Assembly (NCBI GenBank): GCA_028281965.1
Contig: JANQIY010000398.1
Span: forward strand, 1-51,040
From: Candidatus Gastranaerophilales bacterium
GTDB lineage: Bacteria; Cyanobacteriota; Vampirovibrionia; Gastranaerophilales; UBA9971
Length of the DNA stretch: 51,040 nt
Direction: 5' to 3'
Shown piece by piece: positions 18,946 through 29,644 of the stretch; the first letter of the stretch is position 1; the number at the start of each line of letters is the position of its first letter. The notes under the pieces were generated by a model. The model saw nothing but the letters and a program-made list of their open reading frames with translations, did no database searches and had not been told where the DNA came from. The translations under genes were made by a program, and so were the position numbers.

Positions 18946-21900
18946 AACTCAATGCCTCTTCTCGATCGGGAATATTACTATCCGCGGCTTTTTCTCTTTG
19001 TTTTCTGAAATTATCCTTAGTGTTTTCAATAATTATGTAAAAAGCAGGTACAAAGACCGTACCAATAACTGCTGAAGCTATCATTCCCCCAAAAACGGTT
19101 ATACCAATGGAATGCCTGGCTTCTGCCCCTGCCCCGGTAGCTATAACCAGAGGGATTACACTAAGCACAAAGGTTAAAACCGTCATTGAAACTGCCCTGA
19201 ACCTCAGTTTTGCAGCTGTTATAGCAGCATCCATAGGGCTTAATCCGTTTTCTTCCCTCTGGGTTCTTGCAAATTCAATAATCAAAATGGCATGTTTCGT
19301 TGCCATCCCGACCAGCATTACAAGACCGATCTGGCAGTACAAGTCAAGGCTTAACCCGGATATCATCTGGGCAATTAGAGCTCCAACAACTGCAACCGGC
19401 GCTATAAGTATAACTCCAAACGGAAGCGTCCAGCTTTCAAACAGGGCAACCAGGAAAAGATAGACAAATACCAGCGCAAGAAGCAAAATATACATTGTCT
19501 GACCGCTTGCCTCGACTTCCTGCCTGGTGGTTCCTGACCATTCATAGGACATATCCCTGGGAAGCAGTTTCTCCGCTATATCTTTCATTGTCTCGATTGC
19601 CTCACCTGAGCTGACCCCCATTATTGCGCTCCCGTTTATGGTCACTGACCTGAACAGGTTAAACCTGCTGAGGCTTTGAGGTCCTACAGTTGAGTTTATG
19701 GTTACAAAAGTGCTTAGCGGAACCATTTCTCCCCTGCTGTTTCTTACATACAAATCGGTAATATCTGATATGTTATCTCTATATTTAGAATCTGCCTGTA
19801 CTCGCACCTGGAATATACGTCCTAACTTATTAAAATCATTTATATAAGTAGAACCAAACTGTGTACCCACTGTTTGCAGGATATCCCTGATATTAACTCC
19901 CTGTGCAAGGGCTTTTTCCCTATCTATACTAATGTTCAGCTGTGGTGTGTTTGCCTGGAACATTGTGAACACCCGTTCCAGTTTAGGGTTCTGGTTGGCT
20001 GCGCCTATGAGTTTCCAGGCATTCTGCGCAAGATACTGCGGTGAATTATCACCCCTGTCCTGAAGCTCGAATTCAAAACCTCCGAACATACCCAGCCCCG
20101 GGATAGAAGGCGGTATAAAAGCAAAAATCTGCGCTTCGGTTATCATAAAGAACTGCCTTTGAAGGCGTCCTATTACCGCATGAACTGACTGTTCCTTGCC
20201 GGGACGCTCACCCCATTTTTTCATATCGCAGAATACTATCGCTGTGTTTGAACCGCTAAAGCCCGGTACAGCAACTACTTTATTAATTTCAGGGGTATTC
20301 CTGACTATTTTTTCAACTTTTTTAACTACCTCGTTTGTCCGCACAAGTGAGGCGCCTTCAGGCAATTGTACGTGGCAGAGAATGAATCCCTGGTCTTCTG
20401 AGGGCAAAAAACCTGTGGGAATTACGGAGAACATTCCAACAACCCCCAATATCAGTCCTGCCAGTACCATTAAGGTTATTTTTGACCTGTGTATGAAAAA
20501 GGTTGCGACTTTTAAATAACTTTCCTTAAAGGCGTCAAAGGCATTATTAAACCATGCCCAGCGGTCAATCCGGACTTTTTTGCCTGTTTTAACCTTTAAC
20601 ATGGTTGAGCAAAGCGCAGGAGTCAGCGTCAGCGCAACAAGCGAGGAAATTGAAACTGCAATTGCAATGGTTACTGAAAACTGCTTGTACATTTTGCCGG
20701 TAATTCCCGGTAAAAGTGCGACGGGAATAAAAACAGCCAGCAAAACAAGCGTAGTTGCAATAACTGCCCCGCTTACATCTTTCATTGTCCTGAAAGCGGC
20801 TTCTTTTGGGTCTAATCCCTGACCCAGGTAACGCTGGACGTTTTCAATAACAACGATAGCGTCATCTACAACAATACCAATCGCCAGAGCCAGCCCGAAC
20901 AGCGTAAATGTGTTTATTGAAAAACCAAATATCTTAAGAAAGGCAAATGTCCCTATAACAGAAACAGGGATTGCAAGCGCCGGGATAAACGTTGCCCTTG
21001 TGTTCTGCAAAAAGATGAATATAACGGCTGTTACCAGGAACAGAGCCAAAAACAGGGTAGTGAACACTTCATTCATTGACTCATCAACATATTCGGCTGC
21101 GTCATAGACTATGTCAACCTGTATACCCTCCGGCAGGCGCTTTTTAATTTCCTCGAGTTTTTCCTTTACGTTTCCCACGACTTCTATGAGGTTCGCGTCA
21201 GCAAGCTGGTTGACGGACATACCTATAGCATTTGCCCCGTTAATTCGTGAAAATACCCCGTAATTCTTAGCTCCAAGGCTTACTTTTGCTATATCCTTTA
21301 TTTTTACGGATGAGCCATCACTATTTGAACGGACAATGATATTTTCAAACTCCGGCACATTTATAAACCTGCCGCGGGTTCTTACGGTGTATTGAAACTG
21401 CTGGTCGGAATCCACCGGGTAAGCGCCTACACTGCCTGTTGGAATTTCAATATTCTGTGATTTTATAGCCTCTATGGTTTCTGTTGTAGTAATGCCAAGA
21501 TTTGCCATTTTCCTGGGGTTAAGCCAGATTCTCATTGAATAAGACCTGTCCCCAAATGTGGCAACCTCGCCAACTCCCGGAACCCTTGCCAGTTCATCGC
21601 CTATATATATATTTGCGTAATTATCCAGGTAAACTTCATCATAGGAATTATCAGGCGAATTCAGCGTGAAAATAAAAATCCCATGCCCGCCTGTTCTTTC
21701 CCTGACAACAAGTCCCTGGTCTCTTACCTCCTGGGGAAGCTTGGGAGTAGCAAGATTTAACCGGTTCTGCACCCGAATCATCGCCATATCAGTGTCAGAT
21801 CCGACTTTAAAATACACATTAAGTTCATAACTGCCGTCAGAACAGGTGGATTGCATATAAATCATATCTTCCACGCCGTTGATTTCTGTTTCAACCGGTG

Positions 21901-22090
21901 CAGCAATGGTCTTTTCCACGACTTCTGCGTTAGCTCCCGGATATGCTGCCCTTACAACAATCTGCGGGGGAGTTATTATAGGATATCTCTCAATAGGAAG
22001 AAATTTAAACGCTATGACTCCTACTATAACTATGATTAAAGATAAAACTATAGCAAAACGGGGACGGTTTATGAAAAAATTACTGAACAT
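18935..22090 (-). CDS. RND (HAE1/AcrB-type) inner-membrane efflux transporter
   Basis: 1051 aa. N-terminal FFINRPRFAIVLSLIIV. Twelve-TM layout with two large periplasmic loops. VVDDAIVVIENV motif. Confidence 0.95.
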   Translation of the reverse strand: MFSNFFINRPRFAIVLSLIIVIVGVIAFKFLPIERYPIITPPQIVVRAAYPGANAEVVEKTIAAPVETEINGVEDMIYMQSTCSDGSYELNVYFKVGSDTDMAMIRVQNRLNLATPKLPQEVRDQGLVVRERTGGHGIFIFTLNSPDNSYDEVYLDNYANIYIGDELARVPGVGEVATFGDRSYSMRIWLNPRKMANLGITTTETIEAIKSQNIEIPTGSVGAYPVDSDQQFQYTVRTRGRFINVPEFENIIVRSNSDGSSVKIKDIAKVSLGAKNYGVFSRINGANAIGMSVNQLADANLIEVVGNVKEKLEEIKKRLPEGIQVDIVYDAAEYVDESMNEVFTTLFLALFLVTAVIFIFLQNTRATFIPALAIPVSVIGTFAFLKIFGFSINTFTLFGLALAIGIVVDDAIVVIENVQRYLGQGLDPKEAAFRTMKDVSGAVIATTLVLLAVFIPVALLPGITGKMYKQFSVTIAIAVSISSLVALTLTPALCSTMLKVKTGKKVRIDRWAWFNNAFDAFKESYLKVATFFIHRSKITLMVLAGLILGVVGMFSVIPTGFLPSEDQGFILCHVQLPEGASLVRTNEVVKKVEKIVRNTPEINKVVAVPGFSGSNTAIVFCDMKKWGERPGKEQSVHAVIGRLQRQFFMITEAQIFAFIPPSIPGLGMFGGFEFELQDRGDNSPQYLAQNAWKLIGAANQNPKLERVFTMFQANTPQLNISIDREKALAQGVNIRDILQTVGTQFGSTYINDFNKLGRIFQVRVQADSKYRDNISDITDLYVRNSRGEMVPLSTFVTINSTVGPQSLSRFNLFRSVTINGSAIMGVSSGEAIETMKDIAEKLLPRDMSYEWSGTTRQEVEASGQTMYILLLALVFVYLFLVALFESWTLPFGVILIAPVAVVGALIAQMISGLSLDLYCQIGLVMLVGMATKHAILIIEFARTQREENGLSPMDAAITAAKLRFRAVSMTVLTFVLSVIPLVIATGAGAEARHSIGITVFGGMIASAVIGTVFVPAFYIIIENTKDNFRKQREKAADSNIPDREEALSYEK

Positions 22091-23276
22091 CAGCTTTTTC
22101 CCTCCGGGATGATTCTTTGGCCTGTTTCTCTTCCGTTGAAGCCTCGCCTTCTGCGGGAGCTGTCATAACCGGCATTCCGGGCATCATTATTTTCTGGATG
22201 CCGTTTAAGATTATCTCTTCATCGGGCTTGAGACCTTCTTTCACTACAAAATACCTGCCTGTTTCCTTACCCAGCTTAATTCTTTTTTGCTGAGCCTTAT
22301 TTTCTTTATCCACAATATAAACATATTTACCCTGGGGGTCTTCAAGCACTGCCGCCTGCGGAATAACGGTTTTTACATCGCCTTTATTTTCATAGACTAT
22401 TACGTTAACAAGTTTTCCCGGCAAAAGAATACCTTTAGGATTCCTGAAAGTTGCCCGGACTTTTATTGTTCCGGTTGTCTGGTCTATCCTGTTATCATAA
22501 AAATCTTGTATTCCCTGGACAGGATAAGGGGTTCCATCCGGAAATTCCAGTTTAACCTTGCAGTTATCCATTTTTTTGTTTTCTTTTTCAAGTTGAAGCC
22601 GGAGTTTTACAAACTCATCAGCAGCTATATTGTATATTACGTAAATAGGGTCAACCCTTACTATTGTTGCCAGTGAACCCATATTTGAGCCTACGAGGTT
22701 GCCTTCCGTAATTTTGACATCCCCGATTTTGCCCGGGATTGGCGCGTAAATTCTTGTATGTTTCAGGTTATTGTTGACTTTTTTTAAGTAAGCTTTTGCG
22801 GCTTCAAGGGCTGCCTTGTTTTTATCCCGCAGTGCCAGTTTATTATCATATTCGGATTTGCTTATGAAGTCCTTTGCAACAAGTTCTTCTGCTCTTTCAA
22901 GGTTTTTTTCACTTTCCCAGAGCAATGCTTTTGCATTTTCTATATCGGCTTTTGCCTGGGCTACTGCTGCTTCGTATTCATCGGGTTCTATGAGAAACAA
23001 AAGATCCCTTTCATTTACCATTTCGCCTTCTGTAAAGTATTTTTTCTGCAGATATCCGCTGACGTAGGGGACAAGATCAACTTCGTCCTTTGCCGCGACT
23101 CTTCCTATATACTCTTTGGTATCTACGATTTCCTTTTGCTCAACTTTGGCAAGACTCACCATCGGCGGGGGCATCTGCCCATGCCCGGATGGCGGTCCGC
23201 CTTTCAGGAAAAACGTTTTAGCCGTAAATGCCAGTGCACCCAGAATTACTACCGCAATTATTATTTTCTTTTTCAT
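22080..23276 (-). CDS. RND periplasmic adaptor (membrane fusion protein)
   Basis: Lipoyl/hairpin/beta-barrel pattern with IYAPIPGKIGDVKITEGNLV. Start set at MKKKIIIAV (ATG 23276), which has GAGG 6 nt upstream. Confidence 0.9.
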   Translation of the reverse strand: MKKKIIIAVVILGALAFTAKTFFLKGGPPSGHGQMPPPMVSLAKVEQKEIVDTKEYIGRVAAKDEVDLVPYVSGYLQKKYFTEGEMVNERDLLFLIEPDEYEAAVAQAKADIENAKALLWESEKNLERAEELVAKDFISKSEYDNKLALRDKNKAALEAAKAYLKKVNNNLKHTRIYAPIPGKIGDVKITEGNLVGSNMGSLATIVRVDPIYVIYNIAADEFVKLRLQLEKENKKMDNCKVKLEFPDGTPYPVQGIQDFYDNRIDQTTGTIKVRATFRNPKGILLPGKLVNVIVYENKGDVKTVIPQAAVLEDPQGKYVYIVDKENKAQQKRIKLGKETGRYFVVKEGLKPDEEIILNGIQKIMMPGMPVMTAPAEGEASTEEKQAKESSRREKADVQ

Positions 23277-23928
23277 TTTGAACCTCATTAACTGATCTTT
23301 CTGTCTTTATTTTCTCTATGCCTGCGCAAATAAATTTTTTTATGTACTGTATAAATTCCTCAAGCTGCCTTTCATCAGGATTACACGTGTTGAAAAGCAC
23401 TAAGCGTCCTTTTTCATGAAATGATAACACTGATATATGCGACATTAGAATGTATACACAGTAATTTAAACCGAAATTATCAAGTTTGTGCTCTGATAAC
23501 CTGTCAATAATTCCTTTGATGAATTTTAAATACTCTAAAAAAGGGTCATTCATTATTTCAATGATAAAATTGTAGTTATTTGAAATTTCTTTTGCAACTA
23601 TCTTGAAGTATAATCCTTCTTTTTCATTACTAAAAACAGAGTTTACTCTTATTCTTATAATTTCTTCCAGCTGCTTTTCAGGGGGAATATCTTTTATTTT
23701 TTCAATCAGGTCAATTTCATGCGTATCCTGGTAAGTCTTTAAAAGCACCTGTTTAAACAGGTTTTCCTTGTTTCCGAAATGATAATTTATAGAGAGCTGG
23801 TAAACGTCGGCTCTCTGGCAAATATCCCTGATGGTAGTGCTCTGGTAGCCTTTTTCAGCAAAAATTTCACTTGCCGCATCAAGGATTTTATCTCTTGTAT
23901 TTTCCTTTTCTTCTATATACTTGCTCAT
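23218..23928 (-). CDS. TetR-family transcriptional regulator, likely efflux repressor
   Basis: N-terminal HTH ILDAASEIFAEKGYQSTTIRDICQRADVYQLSINYHFGNKENLF. Its 3' end overlaps the MFP start by about 59 nt. Confidence 0.85.
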   Translation of the reverse strand: MSKYIEEKENTRDKILDAASEIFAEKGYQSTTIRDICQRADVYQLSINYHFGNKENLFKQVLLKTYQDTHEIDLIEKIKDIPPEKQLEEIIRIRVNSVFSNEKEGLYFKIVAKEISNNYNFIIEIMNDPFLEYLKFIKGIIDRLSEHKLDNFGLNYCVYILMSHISVLSFHEKGRLVLFNTCNPDERQLEEFIQYIKKFICAGIEKIKTERSVNEVQNEKENNNCGSNSGCTGIYG

Positions 23929-24103
23929 TTTTTTTAAGGCTTTAATTTTTTAAATTTATACATAAGTATAATACAAAAATATAATACAATTATATTAATT
24001 TATTTTTTAAATGCAATGGGTTTTGAAAAAATCTATTACTTTAAGTTGATAATCTTGTTAAAAAATTTCTTGAGATAATTGAATAAATTTGAAATATTTT
24101 TAC

Positions 24104-24132
24104 TTGAAATTAAAATTCTTAGCATGTACTAT
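24104..24132 (+). promoter_or_regulatory. Sigma-70-like promoter for tRNA-Gly
   Basis: TTGAAA (24104-24109), 17-nt spacer, TACTAT (24127-24132), about 50 nt upstream of the tRNA. Confidence 0.35.
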
Positions 24133-24181
24133 ATTAGGGTTATCTAAAGAGATATTTAAAAAAGAATTGCAGCTCAAATAA

Positions 24182-24253
24182 GCGGGAGTAGTTCAGTGGT
24201 AGAATGCTTCCTTGCCAAGGAAGAGGTCGCGAGTTCGAACCTCGTCTCCCGCT
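24182..24253 (+). tRNA. tRNA-Gly, anticodon GCC
   Basis: Acceptor GCGGGAG/CTCCCGC plus T. Anticodon stem CTTCC/GGAAG with loop TTGCCAA. T loop TTCGAAC. Confidence 0.9.
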
Positions 24254-24656
24254 TTTTAATCCCTTTTATTTTATACCGGAATGAGACCGGGCCCCCGTTT
24301 CGCCATAGCGATTTATGAATATTATTTTCATTTAATGGTTACTTATCGAAATCGGCATAACGAAAAATTCTTAACCCGTCATTGGGGTTAAATAGGTTAT
24401 TCTTTTAATTTTATTGTTTTCAAATTTCATACAATAGTTTGAGTGTACATTTTAAAGTTTAGATTATAATTTGAACTGAAACTTAAAAGGATTTTAGATA
24501 TAAAATAACAAAAATTCCTGATGAACCGGATAAATAACAACAGTGCCCGAGAGGTCTTTATCCGGTGCTTATATAAACTTTTTTGTTCGATTAGTTTGTT
24601 TTTTGTTTTATAATAAATCTGAGTAAATATTTATAAGGACGAATAGTTAGAGAAAT

Positions 24657-25964
24657 ATGAATGCGAATTTAGAAAAACTGGAAAACAATCTGTTTAAATT
24701 AAGCGTTGAAATTGATGCTGACGTTGCTTCTCAGGAATATAACAAGGCATGTAAAAAAATGGGAGAAAACCTTTCGATTCCCGGGTTCAGGAAAGGTAAG
24801 ACCCCGAGACCTATAATTGAAAAACACCTCGGAACAGACAGAATTAAGCAAAGAGCCCTTGATGCAATGCTTCCGGCAATATTTGCCGATGTTATAAGCG
24901 AACACCAGCTGGACCTGGTGACAGAACCGGTTGTGGAAACATACGAGTTTGAGCTCGGAAAGCCCGTTTCTCTAACCGCTAAAATAGAGGTTAAACCGGA
25001 AGTCGAGCTAAGCGGCTATAAAGGTCAGACCATAGAAGTCCCTGAGTATAAACTTGATGAAAGCGCCGTTGAAAAAGAACTGGAATCTATAAGAGGCAAG
25101 TTTGCAACTATGGAACAGGTAATTGACAGGCCTACAGAGCCTGAAGATATTGTTTTCATTGATTTTTACGGCAAAATGGAAGGAGAGCCGATAAAAGGAG
25201 GAGCCGGGAAAAATCATCAGCTTGATCTTGCAAATAGTCACTTTATTGCCGGGTTTGCAGAACAGCTTGCAGGAAAAAATATTGGCGATGAATTCAAAAT
25301 CCGGGTAACTTTTCCCCAGGACTACAGTGATAAAGCCATTGCCGGAAAAGAAGCCGAGTTTGACATTAAAATAAATGAAATTAAAAAGAAAGTTTTTCCT
25401 GAAATAAATGATGAGTTTGCTCAAAAAATAGGTCCTTTTCAAACGGTAGAAGATCTTAAAAAAGACCTTGCCCAATATATTGAGCAGGCTAGAGACCATG
25501 AAAACCGTTCAAGAGCTGAAAAAGCTATTGTTGATAAAGTTGTCAATGAGTCCAAGCTTGATATTCCGGATACCATGATTAACCGTGAAGCTAAATACCT
25601 TATGGAAGAGGTAGAAAACAGGTTTAAAAACCAGGGTGTATCATGGGAGCAGGTAATTGAGCAGCAAGGACAGGAAAGTATCTGGAATAATCTCAGGGAA
25701 GAAGCTACAAAGCGAGTAAAAACAAGCCTGGTATTAGGTTCAATAGCTAAACAAGAAAATATCACGCTTTCCGAAGAAGACTTTGCGGCAATGGTAAGAG
25801 ACCTTACGCAATCTTATAATACCAGCGAATCAAAGATTTATGAGCAAATGACCCAGAACCCGTCACTGGCCCAGGGGTTATCACAGCAAATTATGAGTCA
25901 AAAAATTATTAATTATCTTTTAGAGAATAATGAAGTAAAATATATTGAGGATACTTCAACATAA
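24657..25964 (+). CDS. tig: Trigger factor
   Basis: Ribosome-binding motif [14 protein letters not shown], central FKBP-type PPIase region, conserved tig-clpP-clpX synteny. Confidence 0.95.
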   Translation: MNANLEKLENNLFKLSVEIDADVASQEYNKACKKMGENLSIPGFRKGKTPRPIIEKHLGTDRIKQRALDAMLPAIFADVISEHQLDLVTEPVVETYEFELGKPVSLTAKIEVKPEVELSGYKGQTIEVPEYKLDESAVEKELESIRGKFATMEQVIDRPTEPEDIVFIDFYGKMEGEPIKGGAGKNHQLDLANSHFIAGFAEQLAGKNIGDEFKIRVTFPQDYSDKAIAGKEAEFDIKINEIKKKVFPEINDEFAQKIGPFQTVEDLKKDLAQYIEQARDHENRSRAEKAIVDKVVNESKLDIPDTMINREAKYLMEEVENRFKNQGVSWEQVIEQQGQESIWNNLREEATKRVKTSLVLGSIAKQENITLSEEDFAAMVRDLTQSYNTSESKIYEQMTQNPSLAQGLSQQIMSQKIINYLLENNEVKYIEDTST

Positions 25965-25999
25965 AAAGTTATAGTTTTGTAAAAGAAAGGTTATCGTAT

Positions 26000-26623
26000 A
26001 TGGGAATAATTGACACAAGTAGTTATGTACCGGTAGTAGTCGAACAGTCAAGCCGGGGAGAAAGATCTTTTGATATTTTTTCAAGGCTGTTGAGAGAAAG
26101 AATAATCTTTCTTGGAACAGCAATTGACGATATGGTCTCAAACCTTATAGTTGCCCAGCTTTTGCTGCTGGATTCGGAAAATCCCGAAAAAGACATAATG
26201 CTTTATATTAACAGCCCCGGCGGCAGTGTAACAGCCGGTCTGGCCATATACGATACAATGAAACACATAAGAGCTGATGTGAACACAATCTGTCTTGGCC
26301 AGGCTGCCAGTATGGGCGCATTTTTGCTATCAGCCGGAACCCATGGAAAACGTATGGCTCTTCCTCATTCAAGAATCCTTATTCACCAACCCCTTGGCGG
26401 AGCTCAGGGCCAGGCAACCGACATTGAAATCCAGGCCGCTGAAATCAGCAGGATGAAAAGGACTCTTAATGAGCTTATGGCTAAACATACCGGTCAAAGC
26501 TTCAAAAAGATTGAAAAAGACACAGACAGGGATTACATCATGAGCCCCGACGAAGCCGTAGAATACGGAATGGTGGATAAAGTTATTACAAAAATCGAAA
26601 AAGAGTCCCCTGAAGAATCTTAA
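26000..26623 (+). CDS. clpP: ATP-dependent Clp protease proteolytic subunit
   Basis: Catalytic Ser in [11 protein letters not shown], His in ILIHQPLGG, Asp in [11 protein letters not shown]. Confidence 0.95.
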   Translation: MGIIDTSSYVPVVVEQSSRGERSFDIFSRLLRERIIFLGTAIDDMVSNLIVAQLLLLDSENPEKDIMLYINSPGGSVTAGLAIYDTMKHIRADVNTICLGQAASMGAFLLSAGTHGKRMALPHSRILIHQPLGGAQGQATDIEIQAAEISRMKRTLNELMAKHTGQSFKKIEKDTDRDYIMSPDEAVEYGMVDKVITKIEKESPEES

Positions 26624-26658
26624 AAGGGAATCTTAACAAGGTAACTTAGGAGTTATTT

Positions 26659-27999
26659 ATGGTAAAACGCGACGACAGCAGATTAAAATGTTCATTCTGC
26701 GGTAAAACACAGGATCAGGTAAAAAAACTGATCGCAGGTCCTGAGGTATACATCTGCGATGAATGTGTTGATTTATGCAATGAAATTTTAGATGAAGAAT
26801 TTCTTGACTCCAAAGAAAGTGAAGAGGAAAAACACGAATCCCAGAAAATTACTGAAGTCCCCAAGCCTCAGGAAATCAGGGAATACCTGAACCAGCACAT
26901 TGTTGGGCAGGATGATGCTAAAAAACAACTTGCAGTAGCGGTCTACAACCATTATAAAAGGATAAACCACAACCTTTCCGCAAGGGAAAACAATGATAAA
27001 GATAGTATAGAGATACAAAAAAGCAATATTTTGCTTGTAGGCCCTACAGGAAGCGGAAAAACACTGCTTGCGCAGACGCTTGCAAAAATGCTTGATGTCC
27101 CGTTTGCCGTTGCTGATGCAACAACACTTACAGAAGCGGGTTATGTCGGCGACGACGTGGAAAATATACTTCTCAGGCTTTATCAAAACGCTGATTTTGA
27201 CGCCGCAAAGGCCGAGAAAGGAATTATTTATATAGATGAAATCGACAAAATAGCAAGAAAGTCAGAAAACCCGAGTATAACAAGGGATGTTAGCGGCGAA
27301 GGAGTTCAGCAGGCGCTTCTCAAGATGATCGAGGGGACTACGGCGAATGTTCCTCCACAGGGAGGAAGAAAACACCCTCATCAGGAGTTTATCCAGATTG
27401 ATACCAGCAATATCCTGTTTATTGTAGGAGGAGCTTTTGTCGGGCTGGAAAAAATCGTTGACAGCAGGACAGGCTCAGGCAAGCTGGTAGGTTTTGGGGC
27501 AACAGGCCCTAAAGCCGCTTATGAAAGAGAAATTAACCAGGCAAGAATGCTTAAGAACATGGTTCCTGAAGACCTTATAAAGTTCGGGCTTATTCCGGAA
27601 TTTATCGGCAGGGTCCCTGTTTATGCCGTACTTGACCCGCTTGATGAAGAAGCGCTCGTAAAAATCCTTACAGAGCCGAAAAATGCTATCATCAAGCAGT
27701 ACCAGGAATTGCTCAATATGGACGGAGTCAAGCTTGAATTTGAAGATGAGGCTGTTAAGGAAATTGCCCGGGAAGCAATGCGGAGGAAGACCGGGGCAAG
27801 GGCTTTAAGGTCAATTGTCGAGGAAATTATGCTGGAAATTATGTATGAAGTTCCTTCCAGAAAAGATTTTGATATATTCCGGGTAACAAGTGAAATGGTA
27901 AAAAGCAAGGAAACAGTAGCAGAACTGTTCCATCTGGATAACGCCAAAAAAAAGAAGAATAACTCGCAGGATGAGGATAAAAACGAAGAAATCGCGTAA
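26659..27999 (+). CDS. clpX: ATP-dependent Clp protease ATP-binding subunit ClpX
   Basis: Zinc finger [27 protein letters not shown]. Walker A GPTGSGKT. Walker [10 protein letters not shown]. Confidence 0.95.
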   Translation: MVKRDDSRLKCSFCGKTQDQVKKLIAGPEVYICDECVDLCNEILDEEFLDSKESEEEKHESQKITEVPKPQEIREYLNQHIVGQDDAKKQLAVAVYNHYKRINHNLSARENNDKDSIEIQKSNILLVGPTGSGKTLLAQTLAKMLDVPFAVADATTLTEAGYVGDDVENILLRLYQNADFDAAKAEKGIIYIDEIDKIARKSENPSITRDVSGEGVQQALLKMIEGTTANVPPQGGRKHPHQEFIQIDTSNILFIVGGAFVGLEKIVDSRTGSGKLVGFGATGPKAAYEREINQARMLKNMVPEDLIKFGLIPEFIGRVPVYAVLDPLDEEALVKILTEPKNAIIKQYQELLNMDGVKLEFEDEAVKEIAREAMRRKTGARALRSIVEEIMLEIMYEVPSRKDFDIFRVTSEMVKSKETVAELFHLDNAKKKKNNSQDEDKNEEIA

Positions 28000-28012
28000 G
28001 ATAATGCATAAT

Positions 28013-28047
28013 AAAAGAGCTGTCCGGCTATAGCCGGACAGCTCTTT
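28013..28047. terminator. Bidirectional intrinsic terminator between the convergent clpX and EF-hand protein genes
   Basis: Perfect palindrome GAGCTGTCCGGCTA/TAGCCGGACAGCTC flanked by an A-run and a T-run. Confidence 0.75.
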
Positions 28048-28070
28048 AGCATTTTATATCCCCGTTCTAT

Positions 28071-28658
28071 TTAACTCTTTACCGGTTCAGGCTGCTTAAA
28101 CTCCTCTTCTTTGTCTCTGAGGTTAAGCCTTTCATAAATTTCTCTTAATTTTTCAACCACGAACCTTGGGTCTTTACCTGCCCAGAGCATTGCCCTGGCT
28201 GCTTCTTGCGGGGAAATAACACCGTTATAGACTTCTATGCAGTCCTGGAAAATTAACCAGGCAAGAAATTTTCCTTTTGTTATTTTCCCGCTGTTATCTA
28301 TCATATCAATTATTTGTCCGCAAACGCCGGCTTCTTTTACGGTAAGAACTCCGTCTTGATCATTATCAAGCGCATTAAGATAAATGCTTGCAAATGCCAG
28401 GCCGTACTCAAGATCCATTTTTCCTGTTTCTTCATTAATTTCAGTATAAGGAATATATGCTGAAGCTAAAGCTTCAATTGCAGAATTTCTAACGGCTTTT
28501 GAAGGCGTTAATTCCCCCTTAAGAAATTTTAGGGTATTTTCTTTAGCAATTTTTTTACCTTCTAAAATATATTTAACAAGGTTAGCTGCTGCGTTTGCCC
28601 CTCTACCCTCAGGTGTTGATGCATCGTATTCTCCGTGTAAATTGTTGATTAATAACAT
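28071..28658 (-). CDS. Hypothetical protein with a canonical EF-hand calcium-binding loop
   Basis: DNDQDGVLTVKE fits the 12-residue EF loop (D1, D3, D5, G6, hydrophobic at 8, E12). A degenerate second loop is DNSGKITKGKF. No signal peptide. Confidence 0.55.
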   Translation of the reverse strand: MLLINNLHGEYDASTPEGRGANAAANLVKYILEGKKIAKENTLKFLKGELTPSKAVRNSAIEALASAYIPYTEINEETGKMDLEYGLAFASIYLNALDNDQDGVLTVKEAGVCGQIIDMIDNSGKITKGKFLAWLIFQDCIEVYNGVISPQEAARAMLWAGKDPRFVVEKLREIYERLNLRDKEEEFKQPEPVKS

Positions 28659-28774
28659 GCTTAAATCTCCTCTCCTAAAGTTAATATATCCTTTTAAACC
28701 TCTACACTTTTATCTCTATATTTTTATAAAAACAATTAAAGAGAATTTTTTGTTAGATATTTTATATATATTAT

Positions 28775-29425
28775 TTACCGACTAACTCTTAAATCCCGCC
28801 CGTGACAATCTGTTCCGCCGGTTGTTAAAAGGTTAAATTTTTTTGAAATTTTTTTAAATTTTTCTACAGAGTGAAACTTAAAAACTTTTCTATGCCTGAT
28901 ATAGGGGTAATAAATCTCCAGTCCGTCAAGTCCGAAAGAAATTAATTCTTTAACCATTTTTTCAGGGTTTAAGCTCCAACAGCAGGCAGGATGAGCAAGA
29001 ACTGCGATTCCATTGGCATTTTTTATTGCTTTTATTACATCAGGAGATTTTCTTGAGGAAAAAATCCTGATTATATCCAGTTTTGTTTCACTGCTGTTTT
29101 TTGCGCATAGTCTTTGAATATCCGGGTTATTAACGTCAATGCCGTAACCGAGAATGTGCATAAAATCAGTTTTGTGCCAGCAGTCAAATTCCACGCCGGG
29201 GATGAGGTTAAGTCCGCACAGGTTGTTAAAATCAATGTGTTTGTAGGCTTCTATGGAATTATGGTCGGTTATGGATATATATTGCAGCCCTTCGTAAAGG
29301 GCTTTTTCCGTAATTTCCCCCGGTGACATTGTGCCGTCTGAGAATCGGCTGTGAATATGCAGATTCACCCTGTCAAAATAGTCTTCTTCCTTAAATTCAC
29401 AAATTAATTCTTTTATTTTACCCAT
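28775..29425 (-). CDS. PHP-family metal-dependent phosphoesterase
   Basis: HIHSRFSDG, ISITDHN, VLAHP and GGTDCHG metal-ligand motifs. Confidence 0.8.
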   Translation of the reverse strand: MGKIKELICEFKEEDYFDRVNLHIHSRFSDGTMSPGEITEKALYEGLQYISITDHNSIEAYKHIDFNNLCGLNLIPGVEFDCWHKTDFMHILGYGIDVNNPDIQRLCAKNSSETKLDIIRIFSSRKSPDVIKAIKNANGIAVLAHPACCWSLNPEKMVKELISFGLDGLEIYYPYIRHRKVFKFHSVEKFKKISKKFNLLTTGGTDCHGRDLRVSR

Positions 29426-29493
29426 ATATATTTTCAGTTTTTTACAGTTTAATTATATTTAAAAATAAATCATTACAAAACCTTAAAAATAGC

Positions 29494-29523
29494 TTGCAAT
29501 AACGATTATTCTTATTTGATAAT
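29494..29523 (+). promoter_or_regulatory. Sigma-70-like promoter upstream of the 338-aa orphan gene
   Basis: TTGCAA (29494-29499), 18-nt spacer, GATAAT (29518-29523). Confidence 0.3.
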
Positions 29524-29644
29524 TTAAATAAGCTTAAAGTATACTGTAAACTTTTGTAAAAAACCGGAAACCAGTTGTCAAAAATTTTTTTTAGCGACCT
29601 TAAACAAGTAGAGGTAAAGATTTAACTAAAAAAGGAAGTATAAA

